Positions 24,641 to 37,594 of a stretch of 64,000 bases of DNA are shown one piece after another; the first letter of the stretch is position 1; the number at the start of each line of letters is the position of its first letter. The translations under genes and the position numbers were made by a program. Under the pieces are notes generated by a model, which did no database searches, had not been told where the DNA came from, and was given only the letters and a program-made list of their open reading frames with translations. Origin of the DNA: Eledone cirrhosa (taxonomy: Eukaryota); contig OZ024743.1 in NCBI GenBank assembly GCA_964016885.1, forward strand, positions 167,214,001 through 167,278,000, in the 5' to 3' direction.

Positions 24641-26760
24641 TTAACGTCCACTTTCCACACTAGCATCGGTTAGACGGCTTGTCCCATTTGAGGCAAGTTG
24701 GGTCAGATGACCCTATCCTGCTCATACAGAACTGTTTTTGTCTAGATTTCTACAGCTGGATGCCCTTCCTAACACCAACCATATTTACAGTGTGTGCTGG
24801 GCGCTTTATGCCGTGATTCCTATATGACCACTCTACAGTGTGGGCTGGGTGCTTTTTGTCGTTACACCTACACGACCTCTTTACAGTGCGGGCTGGATGC
24901 CTTTTTGTAATACCAACATAATTTTAGAGTGCAAGAGTGGTGTGGGCTGGAATGGATGTAGGGGTATGGGGGTGTATGGGAGGGAGTATAGGGGATAAGA
25001 GGTGCCTACAAGATGTACATGGGAAGACGTGTTTTCTGAATTACTGTATAACTCCAAAGATCTCGATCTTTGGGGTCAGTTTTTATCATCTCATCCCAGG
25101 TCTTCTTGGGTTTTCCTACTTCATAGCTTCCATCAATTTTGATCACCCTGCACCTTTATATATGACGGTCGTCCTTCATACACCTCACATGACCAAACCA
25201 ACGCAATCTCCTCTCTAGTATATTGCATCTAATTCTTCTTATGCCTAATTTCTCTCTTAGTTCAGTTATACTTTGTCATTCACGTATATTACTATTACAC
25301 ATCCATTGGAGCATGCATGCTTCATTACTTTCCAATCTTCTCAGGTCCTCTGCGCACAATACCCAGGTCTCACTATCATGCAACATTGCTGTTCATATAC
25401 AAGCATCATACAGTCTTCCCTTCAATTTAAGGAAAAAACCTTTAGTAGCTAACAGCAGTAGTAGCTCGCTGAACTTCTTCCTTCCCAGAACACCCTCATC
25501 CACTGCTGATTACATCACCCAAGTAACAGAAATTGTTGACTATTTCTATAAATCTGTTAGGGCATTTGAAGGAGCACTTGTGGGCACTTGCCACTTACTG
25601 CACCTGAACATCAGGCGCATATAAAACCTATGTTCCTTGATAGCCTGCCTGTGATCCCACTACATCTTTTATGTACCCATAGCTTACATTTTGGACATAG
25701 AATGGAATTCTACCTCTTCCTTTCCTGCACACTGAGCAAGGCCATTTCCCAGACTGAATCTGGGTCCTATTTTTTCACTCTACATACTAGGACGTTAGTC
25801 ATAGACAAGTTAACTTTAAGACCTTTTGATCTAGGCTAAGCTTCCAGGTTTCGAATTTCTTCTCTAAATCTGCCATAGTTTCAGATATGAGATTTGATTA
25901 TCTGCATACAGCAGTTCCCACAGGCAGCCAGTCTTAAACTCTTTTGGGGGGCAATAATAAGCAGGAGACGGCTAACAACGGAATCCTGATGCACACCTAT
26001 CTGTATGTTAAATTCTTCACTATAGTCATTGTTAATTATAACCTTGCTGACTGTTCCTCTATACATGGCTTGTACAGCCTTCACAAGCCACTCATCTACT
26101 CCTAGTTTTCTAAGAGCCCACCAAATAATGGTACAGGGGACTCTGTCAAAGGCTTTCTCCAAGTTAACAAAAGCTAAACCTCTATAGTTTTCTCTGTCTT
26201 GTAGCAGTTGATGATGATACAGCTACACCAGTCATTGGGTATGACCCCATTTTGTATTACTTGGTTTACTATATGGGTGACTATGGTGTGTCCTACCATT
26301 CCAGATGCTTTCAGCATCTCATCAATTATCCCTGAGGGACGAGCTGCTTTGCCTGTCTTCATAACTTTGATTGCCTTATTTACTATACCACCATTAACTT
26401 GCACAACTGGTCCCTCTGTTGGGTCAACTTGTAGCAGACTATCTTTATCCCATTCATTCTCCTCATTTAGTAGTCTCTCATAGTGGCACTTCCATGCTAC
26501 TTTCTTTTCAGCATCAGTGAGAGCAAGTACTCTGTTATCATCACAGACACACTTCTCCCCAACAATATCACAATTTTCCATAACACATTGTATTGCAGTC
26601 CTGAAAACCTCACACCTTTGGTCCTTGTGTTGTAGAACATGCTTAAATTTTTCATCTTCTGCTCCCCTTTTTACAAAATACACTTGTCATCAGCTTCTCT
26701 TCTAGCCAACTGGTAGTGTTCTCTACTTCCTCCATCCTGCTATTCTTTCCATGCCCGCCT
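24641..26760 (-). mobile_element. decayed RTE LINE (RT and 3' UTR)
   Basis: EKAFDRVP, GVHQDSV, KAARPSG fragments with frameshifts. Confidence 0.85.
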
Positions 26761-27809
26761 TTTAGCTTTAATTGTCTCTTCCACCCTATTGTTCCACCAA
26801 ACACATATATATGTATGTGTATACACAACAAATTATCAAAACAGAGTGATGACTATTGTCAATTCAGACCTTATAAAATGGGAAGAGGAGAGAAAACAGG
26901 AGAGGCATAATAATACAAATTATTGAGAATAGCAATTTCAAGACAAAAAAATCTCATACATGGCAATGAAACATATGTAAATTTTAGAAATAAATCATAC
27001 TTTATTGCTTATATGTGTAAAACTTTATTTTCTATTTGTAAATGTTCCAAGGATTACTCATAACGGAACCCTAAGTATAACTCTACAATCAACCTCCTGA
27101 AGTAAACCTCTTGTTGAATCAATAACCACTATATGCTGAAATAGTCATCGGTAAAGGTTACTCTAACTCTGAACTTGAGAAACCAAAAACGATATCTTAC
27201 TCTTGAATGCTGCTAATAACATGTAACCCAGTACACCCTGTCACATGGTGAGGAGGGTGATATGGGACATCCTGCAGGACGAAAAACAAAATTTATTTAA
27301 AAGGGCGGTAGAACTCATGACACCCAACAGCCTTCCAATACCTGAGGTGTGCTGTTCATTGGGTTTGTGGCAATCTTCTGCACCAATCCTTTGCTATCAA
27401 CATTTTCAAAAGGTGTGGCTGGCCCTACTTCAGCCTTTACCACTGTAAACAATTATTTTGTGTGGGTAGCTCAACAGCTCTACCAGTTCACTAACACAAA
27501 GCCCAAAGGCGAGAGAGAAAAGGTGACAGGGACAAGTAAAGGGTATTACTGGAAGGCCTTAGCTGGAGCTCAGTGGCAATAATCAGGTGATGACCGTTCG
27601 TGCACAAAATATGAGTAATTTGTGCTGTTCGTGTCCTCTGGTGGTGACAAAGCAGGTCTTTTTAGACATAGCACTGCTTTCCCTACACAGGGAAGGGGCA
27701 ATAAAAGGAGCCCTAAACAAATGCTTACTCGGTGCTTTAACTTGGCAGTCAACCACAAATGTCTGGTTATCCAAATATGCAGTCAAAACAAAAAAAAACA
27801 AAAAAGTTT

Positions 27810-29318
27810 TGGTTCCTGGAATGTTAGAACACTCCAAGGCAGTGACTCCAACTTGGAACGAAGATCAGCCGACATCTGTAATGCACTCAACAGGTACAGT
27901 GTTGATATCAGTGCAGTAAGACCCAACTCCTTGGCATGTCTCAAATAGAAGAAGTGAGAGAGGGCTACTCAGTTTTCTTGTCTGGAAAGAGTGAAGAAGA
28001 CCACCGTTAATCGCTGTTGGTTTTGTCATCAGATTTGACTTTGCCAAAACCCTAACATGATTCCCCAAAGGTGTCAGTGATTGCATAATGACTCTGTCAC
28101 TGGATTTGGCAAACAACACCTCTGTTATGCTAGTAAGTTGCTATGCCCCAACTCAATATTCACCTGAGCAAGAGATTAAAATATTCAACGATCAGCTTCA
28201 CACAGTGGTCTCCTCTGTTTCCAACAAGAACAAGCTGATCATAATGGGTGATTTCAATGCTAGGACTGGAAATAGCTTTCAAATCTGGCATAACGTCCTT
28301 GGATCTAATGGAGTTGGAGCTATGAACTCCAATGGGCTTAGGCTGCTCTCACTCTGTAAAGAATTTGATCTCAGCTTCTTTCAACAACATGCAAATCATA
28401 AAACAAGATGGATGCATCCTAGATCCAAGGATTGGCATATAATTGACTATGTCATCACCCGCAGGCATCACCTAAAAGATTTTAAAATCACTCGTTCTTT
28501 TCACTATTCTTGATATTTCTCGGATCATGTACTGTTGCGCAGTAAGGTTTCATTCAATCTTCCGAACAAAATGTGTCTTCAGAGGCCACCTATCCCACCC
28601 AAGATGTGGGCAAGCTGTGATCAGTTGATGGGGGGCTGAAACTTTCTGCAAAGCTTGACTCATCCCTCGACTCTGTCCAGATTTCTCATGACATTGAGGC
28701 TTCCTGGAAAGATGCCACCTATGCACCCTCTGTGGAGATCTTAGGATTTCCTATGAGAGAACATCAGGACTGGTTTGATGAAGCAACTCGGATGTCCAGA
28801 ACATATCAACAGAATGCATAACCGACACAGGATTTGGATTGGAGATAAAAATTCAGCAACAAAAAATATAGCCTACAAAGATTGCAAGCAGCAGGTACAG
28901 TCCTCATTTAGAAAGATGAAGGATACTTGGTGGATTGCTAAAGCAGGCGAACTACAAGAAGCTGCTGATAAAAAGGACCCACAAAACTTTTATAACGGTC
29001 TCAAGGCAATGTATGGTCCAAGGGAGGGCAGGTCAAATCCAGTCCTTTCCTCTGATGGAACAACCCTATACAGGGACAAAGCTGAGATTCTCACTCACTG
29101 GAAGGAACACTTTCCGAAGGTCCTTAATGCAGAATCAAAGGTCAATGAAAATGTAATTTCATCTATTTCACAAAAGCCGGAGGTCCCTAAATTAGCATTA
29201 AGCCCAAACTTAAATGAAATAAAAGCTGCTATCAGGAGCTATTGCTCCTGTTAAAAATGGCATCCCACCTGAAATCTTCAAATATGGTGTTAAAAAACTG
29301 ATTCATAGGCTTCTTCAA
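27810..29318 (+). mobile_element. decayed RTE-BovB-like LINE (APE endonuclease region)
   Basis: GSWNVRTL, YAPT, GDFNART, WMHPRSKDWHIIDYVI, WWIAKAGELQ. Confidence 0.85.
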
Positions 29319-29634
29319 TATATATATACACACACACATAAACCCTACAAAAAAGAGCATTGGTACAAAAACCTACGTACAAACGTATACACATGCGTGT
29401 GCCTACTCGCACGTAATAAAAAATCAACACACGCATACAAAACCATACGTAAGACTATACAGACAAAAACAAAAGCATATCTACAACCGCATACACACAA
29501 CTAAATACGTGAACACATACATAGAACCATATATAAGTATAATATAAACAAATAAACTCACACACATAAATATGTATACATACAAACACATACACATATA
29601 TATATATATACACATACATACAAATACATACACA

Positions 29635-29671
<37 letters not shown>

Positions 29672-29714
29672 ACATATATATATATACATATACACACATA
29701 CACACACACACACA

Positions 29715-29789
<75 letters not shown>

Positions 29790-30237
29790 GCACACACGTA
29801 CAAATAAATAATCAAAATACTATAAATGTATGTACACATGAGCCTGTCTGCAAATGCGCCCGCACACAGCCCTATGTGAGAACATAAAAACCTAGTGGAC
29901 AAAAGGGGAGTAAAGTTGAAATAATAAACACAATTATTAAGAATAGGTAAGGAAAAAAAGTGTTGTAAAAGGTTTGCGATGAGATCTAGATAAGAGTATC
30001 TGGTTAAAGAGTGAACTGAGTAAAGGATAAAGGTGGTGGGTGTGTAACAATAGATGGTGGGTGTGTAAACAATAGATAAATAAATGATAGCTATTTTATC
30101 CGCGATTAACAGCCACAGAAGATTTACCTAGTATTTCTAATAGCTCGTAGAAATTGACCAGACATATAGCTAACCATACACAATTAGGTACAAAATCAAA
30201 GTTAGAAGAAAAAATGTACATAAATATACCAAAATTA

Positions 30238-30321
30238 TGTTTCTACCCCATGAGATTTCATTCGCTTTTTGGAAATATCCGATCATGGATAAATCACGAG
30301 TTTCGAAATCATCAGGAAACA
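30238..30321 (-). ncRNA. type I hammerhead ribozyme
   Basis: tgtttc-CTGATGA-t ttcg..cgaa t-GAAA-tctcatgggg-TA-gaaaca. Confidence 0.75.
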
Positions 30322-30709
30322 AACTCAATTGGACAAAGATTTTTCTTAAATGATCCCCGCCAGAAATGAATTCAAAATGGTTAAGAATTGTCACATGGTC
30401 AGTGGTCAAGTCAGAAAGCTTGTGATTGGTGCCTGACGGCGAGTAGGCTGGTTGCTAGAAAGCGCAGCCGAATACTTATAGCCTCGTTTAATTGATTTTT
30501 TTATGTGGTTGATTATGCTGATTGGGAGGAGAAATACTGTATATATTTTATCAAATGATTCTATGGACTTACTTTCTTATATATTGCTCTGATTGTTGAT
30601 TATTTAATTAATTAATTCGTCACTGAGCCACACCGTGAAGGGTTGCCAAAAACACATATCTATATCTATATATCTATGGATCTGTCTAGTTTATGTATAT
30701 GTAAACCTA

Positions 30710-30740
<31 letters not shown>

Positions 30741-30928
30741 GCGAGGGAAAAGTGGTAAGGAACCAGGTGGACCATAACGCACCAAAGTACTCAATACTTA
30801 GGGTAGTAGAATGGGTAATAGGAGTAAGTAAGACCCCGACGGCTGAGCTCAAGCCGTTTCGACGGCTAATTCTGTACAGAATTAGCCGTCGAAACGGCTT
30901 GAGCTCAGCCGTCGGGGTCTTACTTACT

Positions 30929-30933
<5 letters not shown>
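30741..30933 (-). mobile_element. short PLE-type tail plus perfect palindrome (30818-30933) containing half a hammerhead
   Basis: centre tctgtacaga; GAAA-cggcttgagctcagccg-TC. Confidence 0.8.
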
Positions 30934-30963
<30 letters not shown>

Positions 30964-31186
30964 GGAAAAAATGAAACGAAATTTCATTTCTCACTCTTAG
31001 TACGGCTGCTACTTAAATATAAGTATGTATACGTACATACATATATGTATACAGACGTACAGTAGTATGTATATATATATACATGCACACATATATATAT
31101 GTACGTATGGATTCACCGAACATTTATTATAATGCTCGGTGTGTTTGTAAACAAACATCCCGAATTAAGCAGTACAGTGTCTAGCA

Positions 31187-31278
31187 ACCATAACAGAGGA
31201 GGGCTGGGCGTGACGTGGCTGATGATGCGCAAACATGCACTGAGGGTGCGACATCTCTGGTGCTTCCTTGACGGTGCA
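31187..31278 (+). pseudogene. diverged Tx1 ORF2 fragment
   Basis: [20 protein letters not shown]. Confidence 0.75.
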
Positions 31279-31417
31279 AAAATGAGGATACACACAGACA
31301 CAGAGACAATTTCACTTTTATATGTATGTATAGATATACATACATACATATACAAACACATATGCACATATATATATATACACATATACATATATATAAA
31401 TATACACATAAAAATAG

Positions 31418-31660
31418 ATCTATCTATCTATCTAGGGCGGGTAAAATTCCCGAGATCCATGGACGAGTTCTCTCCAGCGGTCTCTGTCCCTCATTATCGC
31501 TGCCATGTCCTGCGTCTCCAACAGACTAGTGTCTGTCCTTAGGGCATCAACATAACTTCGGTCTTCCACTTCCAGTGTGTCCATGCAGGGGCTCCCACAG
31601 GAGCACTGAGTGCAGTGTCAACTCTGGATGTCGGTGAGCACGTCCAGTTCGCGAGTTTTT
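31418..31660 (-). mobile_element. RTE/RTE-X-like LINE 3' end with (TAGA)n tail
   Basis: manual translation HRHPEL..VLLWEPLHG..GRPK/YVDALRTDT..MRDRDRWRELV. Confidence 0.7.
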
Positions 31661-31716
31661 AACAGGCACTCACAAATAAACGTTTCTCATTGGAGGTACT
31701 ATTACCAATGGTCTTA

Positions 31717-31744
31717 CCCGTGCAACGCCGGGATACACTGCTAG
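31717..31744 (+). mobile_element. Helitron 3' terminus
   Basis: cccgtgcaacgccggg hairpin, then CTAG|T. Confidence 0.6.
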
Positions 31745-31834
<90 letters not shown>

Positions 31835-32736
31835 TTAATTATACTATTTATGGTTATGCAAATACAAAAACCTTTTGCAGTTATATATATCTTTATAAAC
31901 CCTAAATAGTGGTAGGCAGTAATATATTACTACCTTATTACCAGTAAGTTAAATAGCTCAATGTAAAAACATCAGATAATTTACAGAGCAGTTATATGAA
32001 TTATAATAATCAAAGAACTGTTCAAAACATTTTTATGCTAACAACTGTTTGATACCAAGTCTAATCACCCTAGATCAATATTAAACTCTATCTCTAAGGG
32101 GGTATCCAATAGAATCTCTAATCTATCCTATGACGCAAACATATTTAGCAAAGACTCACACTATTATAATCAAGCATTAGCTAGATCCGGCCATAATATA
32201 GAGATTGAGTTCCTACCTAAGAAAACGCATAGCTACAACATCATCTCGCACAATATGTCCATGAGGAAACCTAATAATATGAATAGCAACCACACGTACA
32301 CTAAAGCAGAGGGTGCCACCAGAAGTAACCATTACCACGGAAACTACCGCAGTACCTTAGGAAGAAACAACACACCAGACACTAAAAACAAAAATAGAAG
32401 AAGAAATAATACATTTTTCAACCCTCCTTTCAACCTAAATGTCTCCACCAACATACCTAGGGCTTTCTTCTCACTACTAGATAAAAACTTCCCTCTAGGA
32501 CACAAGTACCATAACCTTTTAAACAAAAACACTATTAAAATCTCATACTCTACGACGCCTAACTTAGCATACCACATAGCTAGCAGCAATAAAAGTAAAA
32601 TTAATTCTTACTTCCAACGAACGAAATCACAACAGGAGGTAAACCTTCTAAATACCTCTGTAGCAAACAACCATAGTAACGGCAGTAATAATAGAAATAA
32701 CACTAGTATAAGAAATAACACCGGGGTCGACAACCC

Positions 32737-33255
32737 TGTAGTGACGATGGTTGTCAGTCTAGTCACTACTTCTGATCAGATCCGAGAATAGTCCTTAGAA
32801 GGACTGTTTTCGCATACGGTCTGATCAGATATGAAGATAGACCTTAAAAGGACTGTTGTCGCATATAGCCCTTAAAAGAACTGTTGAGGATGGACAGACG
32901 AAAGCACAAGTTGAAAGGACGAAGCAAGGCGAGATGTAAATTCGATCAGCTTTTATTTTCACATGAATCGACGATACGGGGTACAAGGCACTGCCTGTGT
33001 GAGTGGCAAAGCGTGGCAGAGTAAAGGGACAACGATGCGCTAGCTGACTCTGCCAAAAGTCGACTGACGAAAGTGTTAGGAACCACTCTATTTATACAGG
33101 AACAATCCTTTGTTGTTTAGTCGATGTGTAGGCGTTTATTCTGGTAGGTTCTAATTCTGGTAGGTTCTAAGGGTTCTTTTGTTTCACGTTGAGTAGCTAG
33201 CTAACAGGTAGATGGCGCTGTATATTTCACAGCTGTTATTTCCGGTGGCTGTACA
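32737..33255 (-). repeat. 3' LTR (519 bp)
   Basis: TGTA/TACA ends; preceded on minus by PPT-like ggcagggggctaa. Confidence 0.75.
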
Positions 33256-34188
33256 TTAGCCCCCTGCCAGTTCTTTTGTACAACAAAAGAGCGAAATATC
33301 GTATAGGAATGGGCCAGTGGTGCATTTGTCATGACAATAGCCCCAGGATTGTCCAGCACGTTGTGAAATTTTGTGATCATCGAGTACAGGACAGAGTCGA
33401 TGTAGAGATGATATGGCAAGATGTGTGTGTCAGGAAGAGAAAAAAGAAATAAACTATAAAATGACTTTGACCAGCTTTATGCAGGCGTGATGAATGAGCC
33501 TGTTGCAATTTCGGTTGAGCTGCCTGTGAATTGCGTGACAAAAAGTCTAACTGGGCAGTGAAGATAACCGTAATGTGTGAACTGAATGGCCGTAGGCATG
33601 CTGCCTAAAGGTAACAGCTTGCTCCACAGCATATGACTTGAGCGAATGCATGTGGTAAAAAAATAGCGAGGCATTCTCGAGCTATTGAGTGAATGTGTAC
33701 GTGAAAACAGAAGGCCAGTGTTTTGAGGTTGTGATTTGTGAAATGCGTGATCAAAGAGAAAACATTTTGTAGTGTAAGAGTTAGAGGGACACAAATATCT
33801 ATTGCTCAGTGTATGAACCAAAAGGTGAAACAAATGTGGTTTTGTAGTGTGCATGAAAAACAGAATATGTACACGCCTTGTATGTATATAAAAATTATGG
33901 CAATTACACAATCAATGTTACAGAACAAGAAAAATACAAATTTTGCAAAACAAGAGAGAGAAGAAAAAAAAAATGTTATACACAATGATATACACAATGT
34001 TTGTTCTTAAATAGTGTTTGTAATAAATAATGTTCATAATAAATAATGTTCTTCGTGATATGAGCACATGGTCACTAAAAATTGCAATTGTTCAAGCAGA
34101 AAGTTCATTGTACTTGAAACTGGAAATAGTAAACACAAGAAAAATGGAAATGTTTTGCACGAAGAATGATTAAGAAACTCACTTGAGG

Positions 34189-35483
34189 TTAACGGTAATT
34201 CACATATTGTGCCAACTTTGCGGGCCAATGGACGCGTCGTCCGCTTCTCGTGACTGGAGATGAAACAGGTGGCTCTCTGGGACAGCAATCTGTTGGAGTT
34301 TCTGGTGTAGAGACTGTAACAGTATCCATGATGGCTTTTTTTAATCTGTCCACGCTGACAGAATTCTGTTTACCATCTAGATCGAGAATAAAAATTTCGG
34401 ATATTTTTTTAGAACACGATAAGGGCCATAATATGGAGGTCGAAGATGAGCTGAGATGGTGTCGTTTCGAACGAAAACGTGTGTCCAATCATCAATGTCT
34501 GAAGGTACGTGTGTGGCCGTGTTCTGTTGACGGGTGCTTGCAGGAGCAAGGTGAGACATACATTGTCGAAGACGGTGTACGTATGATCCTGGGTCTGGAA
34601 CATCCTGAGGAGAGATGGGAGCAACCATCTGACCAGGTAGAACCAGGGTGGTGCCGTACACTAATTCTGCAGGTGTGTGTCCGAATTCCTCCTTAACGGT
34701 GGATCGAATGCCCAGAAGGATGAGTGGTAGGTATTCAAACCAGTGTGTCTTGTCTGGATATGCTTTTATTGCAGCTTTCAATTGGCGATGGAATCTTTCC
34801 ACGAGACCATTAGCTTGCGGGTGATAAGCTGTCGTGCGGATGTGTTTACATCCTAACAGGCGAGTCAGTTCTCTGAAGAGGTGAGAGTCAAATTGGCGTC
34901 CTCTGTCCGTTGTTATCTTCGCTGGGGCGCCATAACGTGATACCCAGTGTAAAACCAAAGTTTTAGCGACTGTTTCTGCTGGGGTATCATTTATGGGAAA
35001 AGCCTCAGGCCAACGAGAAAATCGATCGATGCAGGTGAGCAAGTATGTGCAGTTCTGTGATGGTGGTAGAGGTCCGACAATGTCGATATGCACATGATGA
35101 AAACGTGCATCAGGTTGCGCGAATGTGCCGAGTGGAGTTTTGATGTGTCTGTGAACTTTGGCTTTCTAGCAGGCAATGCAGCTCCTGGACCAGTCGCGCA
35201 CGTCCTTGTTAATGTTAGTCCACACAAAACGAGCAGAGATGAGTTTCTGTGTAGCCTGGATTCCCGGGTGAGACAAGCAGTGTAAAGCAGAAAAAAACTT
35301 GTCGACGATGCATCTGTGGTACGTACGTTCATGACCGGTAGAAAGGTCGCACCAAATTTGTCTCGGAGAAGAAGGAATGGGAACTTGCTGAAACTTGAGA
35401 GATGGCGAATCTCGGAGTTTCATAAACTCTTCGTCAGTCTCTTGGTCAGCTGCGATTTGTTGAAGGTCGATGCCTGAATGCAC
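34189..35483 (-). pseudogene. pol: Gypsy integrase (frameshifted)
   Basis: [40 protein letters not shown]. Confidence 0.9.
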
Positions 35484-35662
35484 ATGTATTGCGTTCAGCT
35501 GGATTCGGGACAGGGCGTCGGCTGCTACGTTGTCTGATCCCTTGATATGCCGAATATCAGTTGAATATTGGGAGACAAAATCCAGGTGTCGGAGTTCTCT
35601 CGGTGAATGTCAATCAGGTTTGGTTCGGAACGCATAAACTAGTGGTTTATGGTCCGTGTAGA

Positions 35663-37171
35663 TCACGAAATCTGATCCTTCGAGCATGTGCTTAACCGAA
35701 AGATAGGTTGCCAAGAGTTCGTTTCTGTGGGTTGCAACCGCTTAGAAAAGAAGGATAAGGGTTGCCACACGCCGTCGACATGTTGTTGTAGAACGCCTCC
35801 AACCCCCGTGTCTGATGCGTCCACTAGCAGCGAAAGAGGAGCGCCAGACCTGGGAAAAACGAGCATGGAAGCGTTTGCCAACATGCCCTTCAGGCGGTTA
35901 AAAGATGTTAATTCTTCCTCGTTTAGAGTGATCTCTTCGTTTTTGCGAGTCCGGTTACGAAGAAGGTCCGTGAGGAGTCTGGCTGCGTCGGAACAATGAG
36001 GGATAAACCGCCTATAAAAATTCATCAGACCGAGGAATTCACGCAGTGATGTAGGTGCAGGAAAACTGCGGATAGCTTCTACTTTCTCGGGAAGTGGACG
36101 AATGCCGTCTTTGTCGATGATGTGCCCGAGAAAGGACAGTGAAGGAACGCCGAGAAGGCACTTGCTGGGGTTGATGATGATACCGTACTCAGCCAAACGT
36201 CGGAAAAGGAGATCTAAGTGCTTCTCGTGTTCATTCTCGGAAGCACTTGCTACCAGTACGTCGTCAATATACGCGTATACGAAGGGTAGATCGCGTAACA
36301 CGGTGTCAATAAACCGCTGAAAAGTTTGTGCAGCGTTGCGCAGACCGAACGGCATTCGCAGGAATTCGAATAAACCGAACGGTGTTGTGATTGCGGTCTT
36401 CGGAATGTCTGCAGGCTCCATAGGTATCTGGTTATATCCACACACCAGATCTACCTTGGAAAAGATACGTGCGCTTTGCAGAGAGGCAGAAAAATCGTGC
36501 AGGTGAGGTACAGGGTAATTATCGGGCACTGTAGAATTGTTAAGTGCACGATAATCCCCACATGGTCGCCAATCATTCTCGGTTTTTTTTTTAACAAGGT
36601 GTAGGGGTGCAGACCAGTTGCTGGAGGAAGGGCGAATGATTCCGAGGTCCAGCATGTGTTGGAACTCCTGCTTGGCGATTCTCAATCGGTCTGGAGGCAG
36701 TCTCCTTGGTCGGGCAGCTGTGGGTGGTCCCTTTGTCTCGATGTGGTGCGTGACACTATGCTTAATGGGACCATCCTTAAATACCGGGCGAGTGATGTCT
36801 GGGTATTTCTGGAGAATGCTGTTGTACCGCGAAGGCTCTGACTGGCAAATTACAGGGCTCACTGTGGATTGCGTCGTAAATATACCTCTCACAGTGAGGT
36901 TTGTGGTGGTGTCAATAAGCCTCCGGTTCTTCATATCCACCAGAAGGTTGAAGTGGTGGAGAAAATTGGCTCCTAGGATCGGGGTCGGCAGGTCTGCCAC
37001 GACGAACACCCATTGAAAACGCCGCCTCAGGCCTAAATTGAGGGTCAGAGACTTCTCCCCGAAAGTCGGAATTGACGATTGGTTCACTGCCTGCAGAAAG
37101 GACGGGGTTGGGTGTCTTTTTCCCGAGATCAGTGAAACCGGAATAACACTGACCTGGGCTCCTGTATCCAC
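35663..37171 (-). pseudogene. pol: Gypsy protease, RT and RNase H
   Basis: [31 protein letters not shown]. Confidence 0.9.
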
Positions 37172-37199
37172 GAGGTATCGGATGCCTGTCGCCTGGTCG

Positions 37200-37538
37200 T
37201 TAATAAAAAAATAGACGACTTTTCTTTTCAGTACCAGGGGTGAACGTCGTCGCTAGGCCCTGGGTGGCATTCCGGAAAGAGCACGGGGCTTTGCACTTAG
37301 ATGCCTGTGCGCCGAAATTTGTGTGATACCAGCAGATGTTGCCAGGCAGACGATTTTGACTGGGACTACTGGATTTTTGACTGTGAAAAGGCCTGGCTCG
37401 ATTGTTGCTGCGTCGCCGGTGTGTTTGAAAGGTCAAGTTCTCTACCTGATTCGAGAGGTCTTTAATTTGACCAGCCCGCTCTCTGATCATAGCCCGCAGT
37501 TCTGAAATCTCGGCTTCTGTCGTTTGTGATATGTCCAT
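37200..37538 (-). pseudogene. gag: Gag C-terminal remnant (most of gag apparently deleted)
   Basis: CWYHTNFGAQASKCKAPC; only about 35 nt separate it from the PBS. Confidence 0.75.
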
Positions 37539-37571
37539 GTTGATATTTTCTTAGATGCTATCTGGTTGCGC

Positions 37572-37594
37572 GTTCGACTCACGTCGGGTCACCA
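37572..37594 (-). promoter_or_regulatory. primer binding site, tRNA-Trp
   Basis: TGGTGACCCGACGTGAGTCGAAC, 2 nt after the LTR end. Confidence 0.8.

Noticed and set aside
30425-30473. Hammerhead-like CTGACGG...GAAAGCGCA on plus
   Set aside because: Core A9 and the UH cleavage site are missing; too degenerate to call.
37572-37594. tRNA-Trp gene
   Set aside because: Only the 3' 23 nt including CCA are present, adjacent to an LTR end, so it is a PBS.
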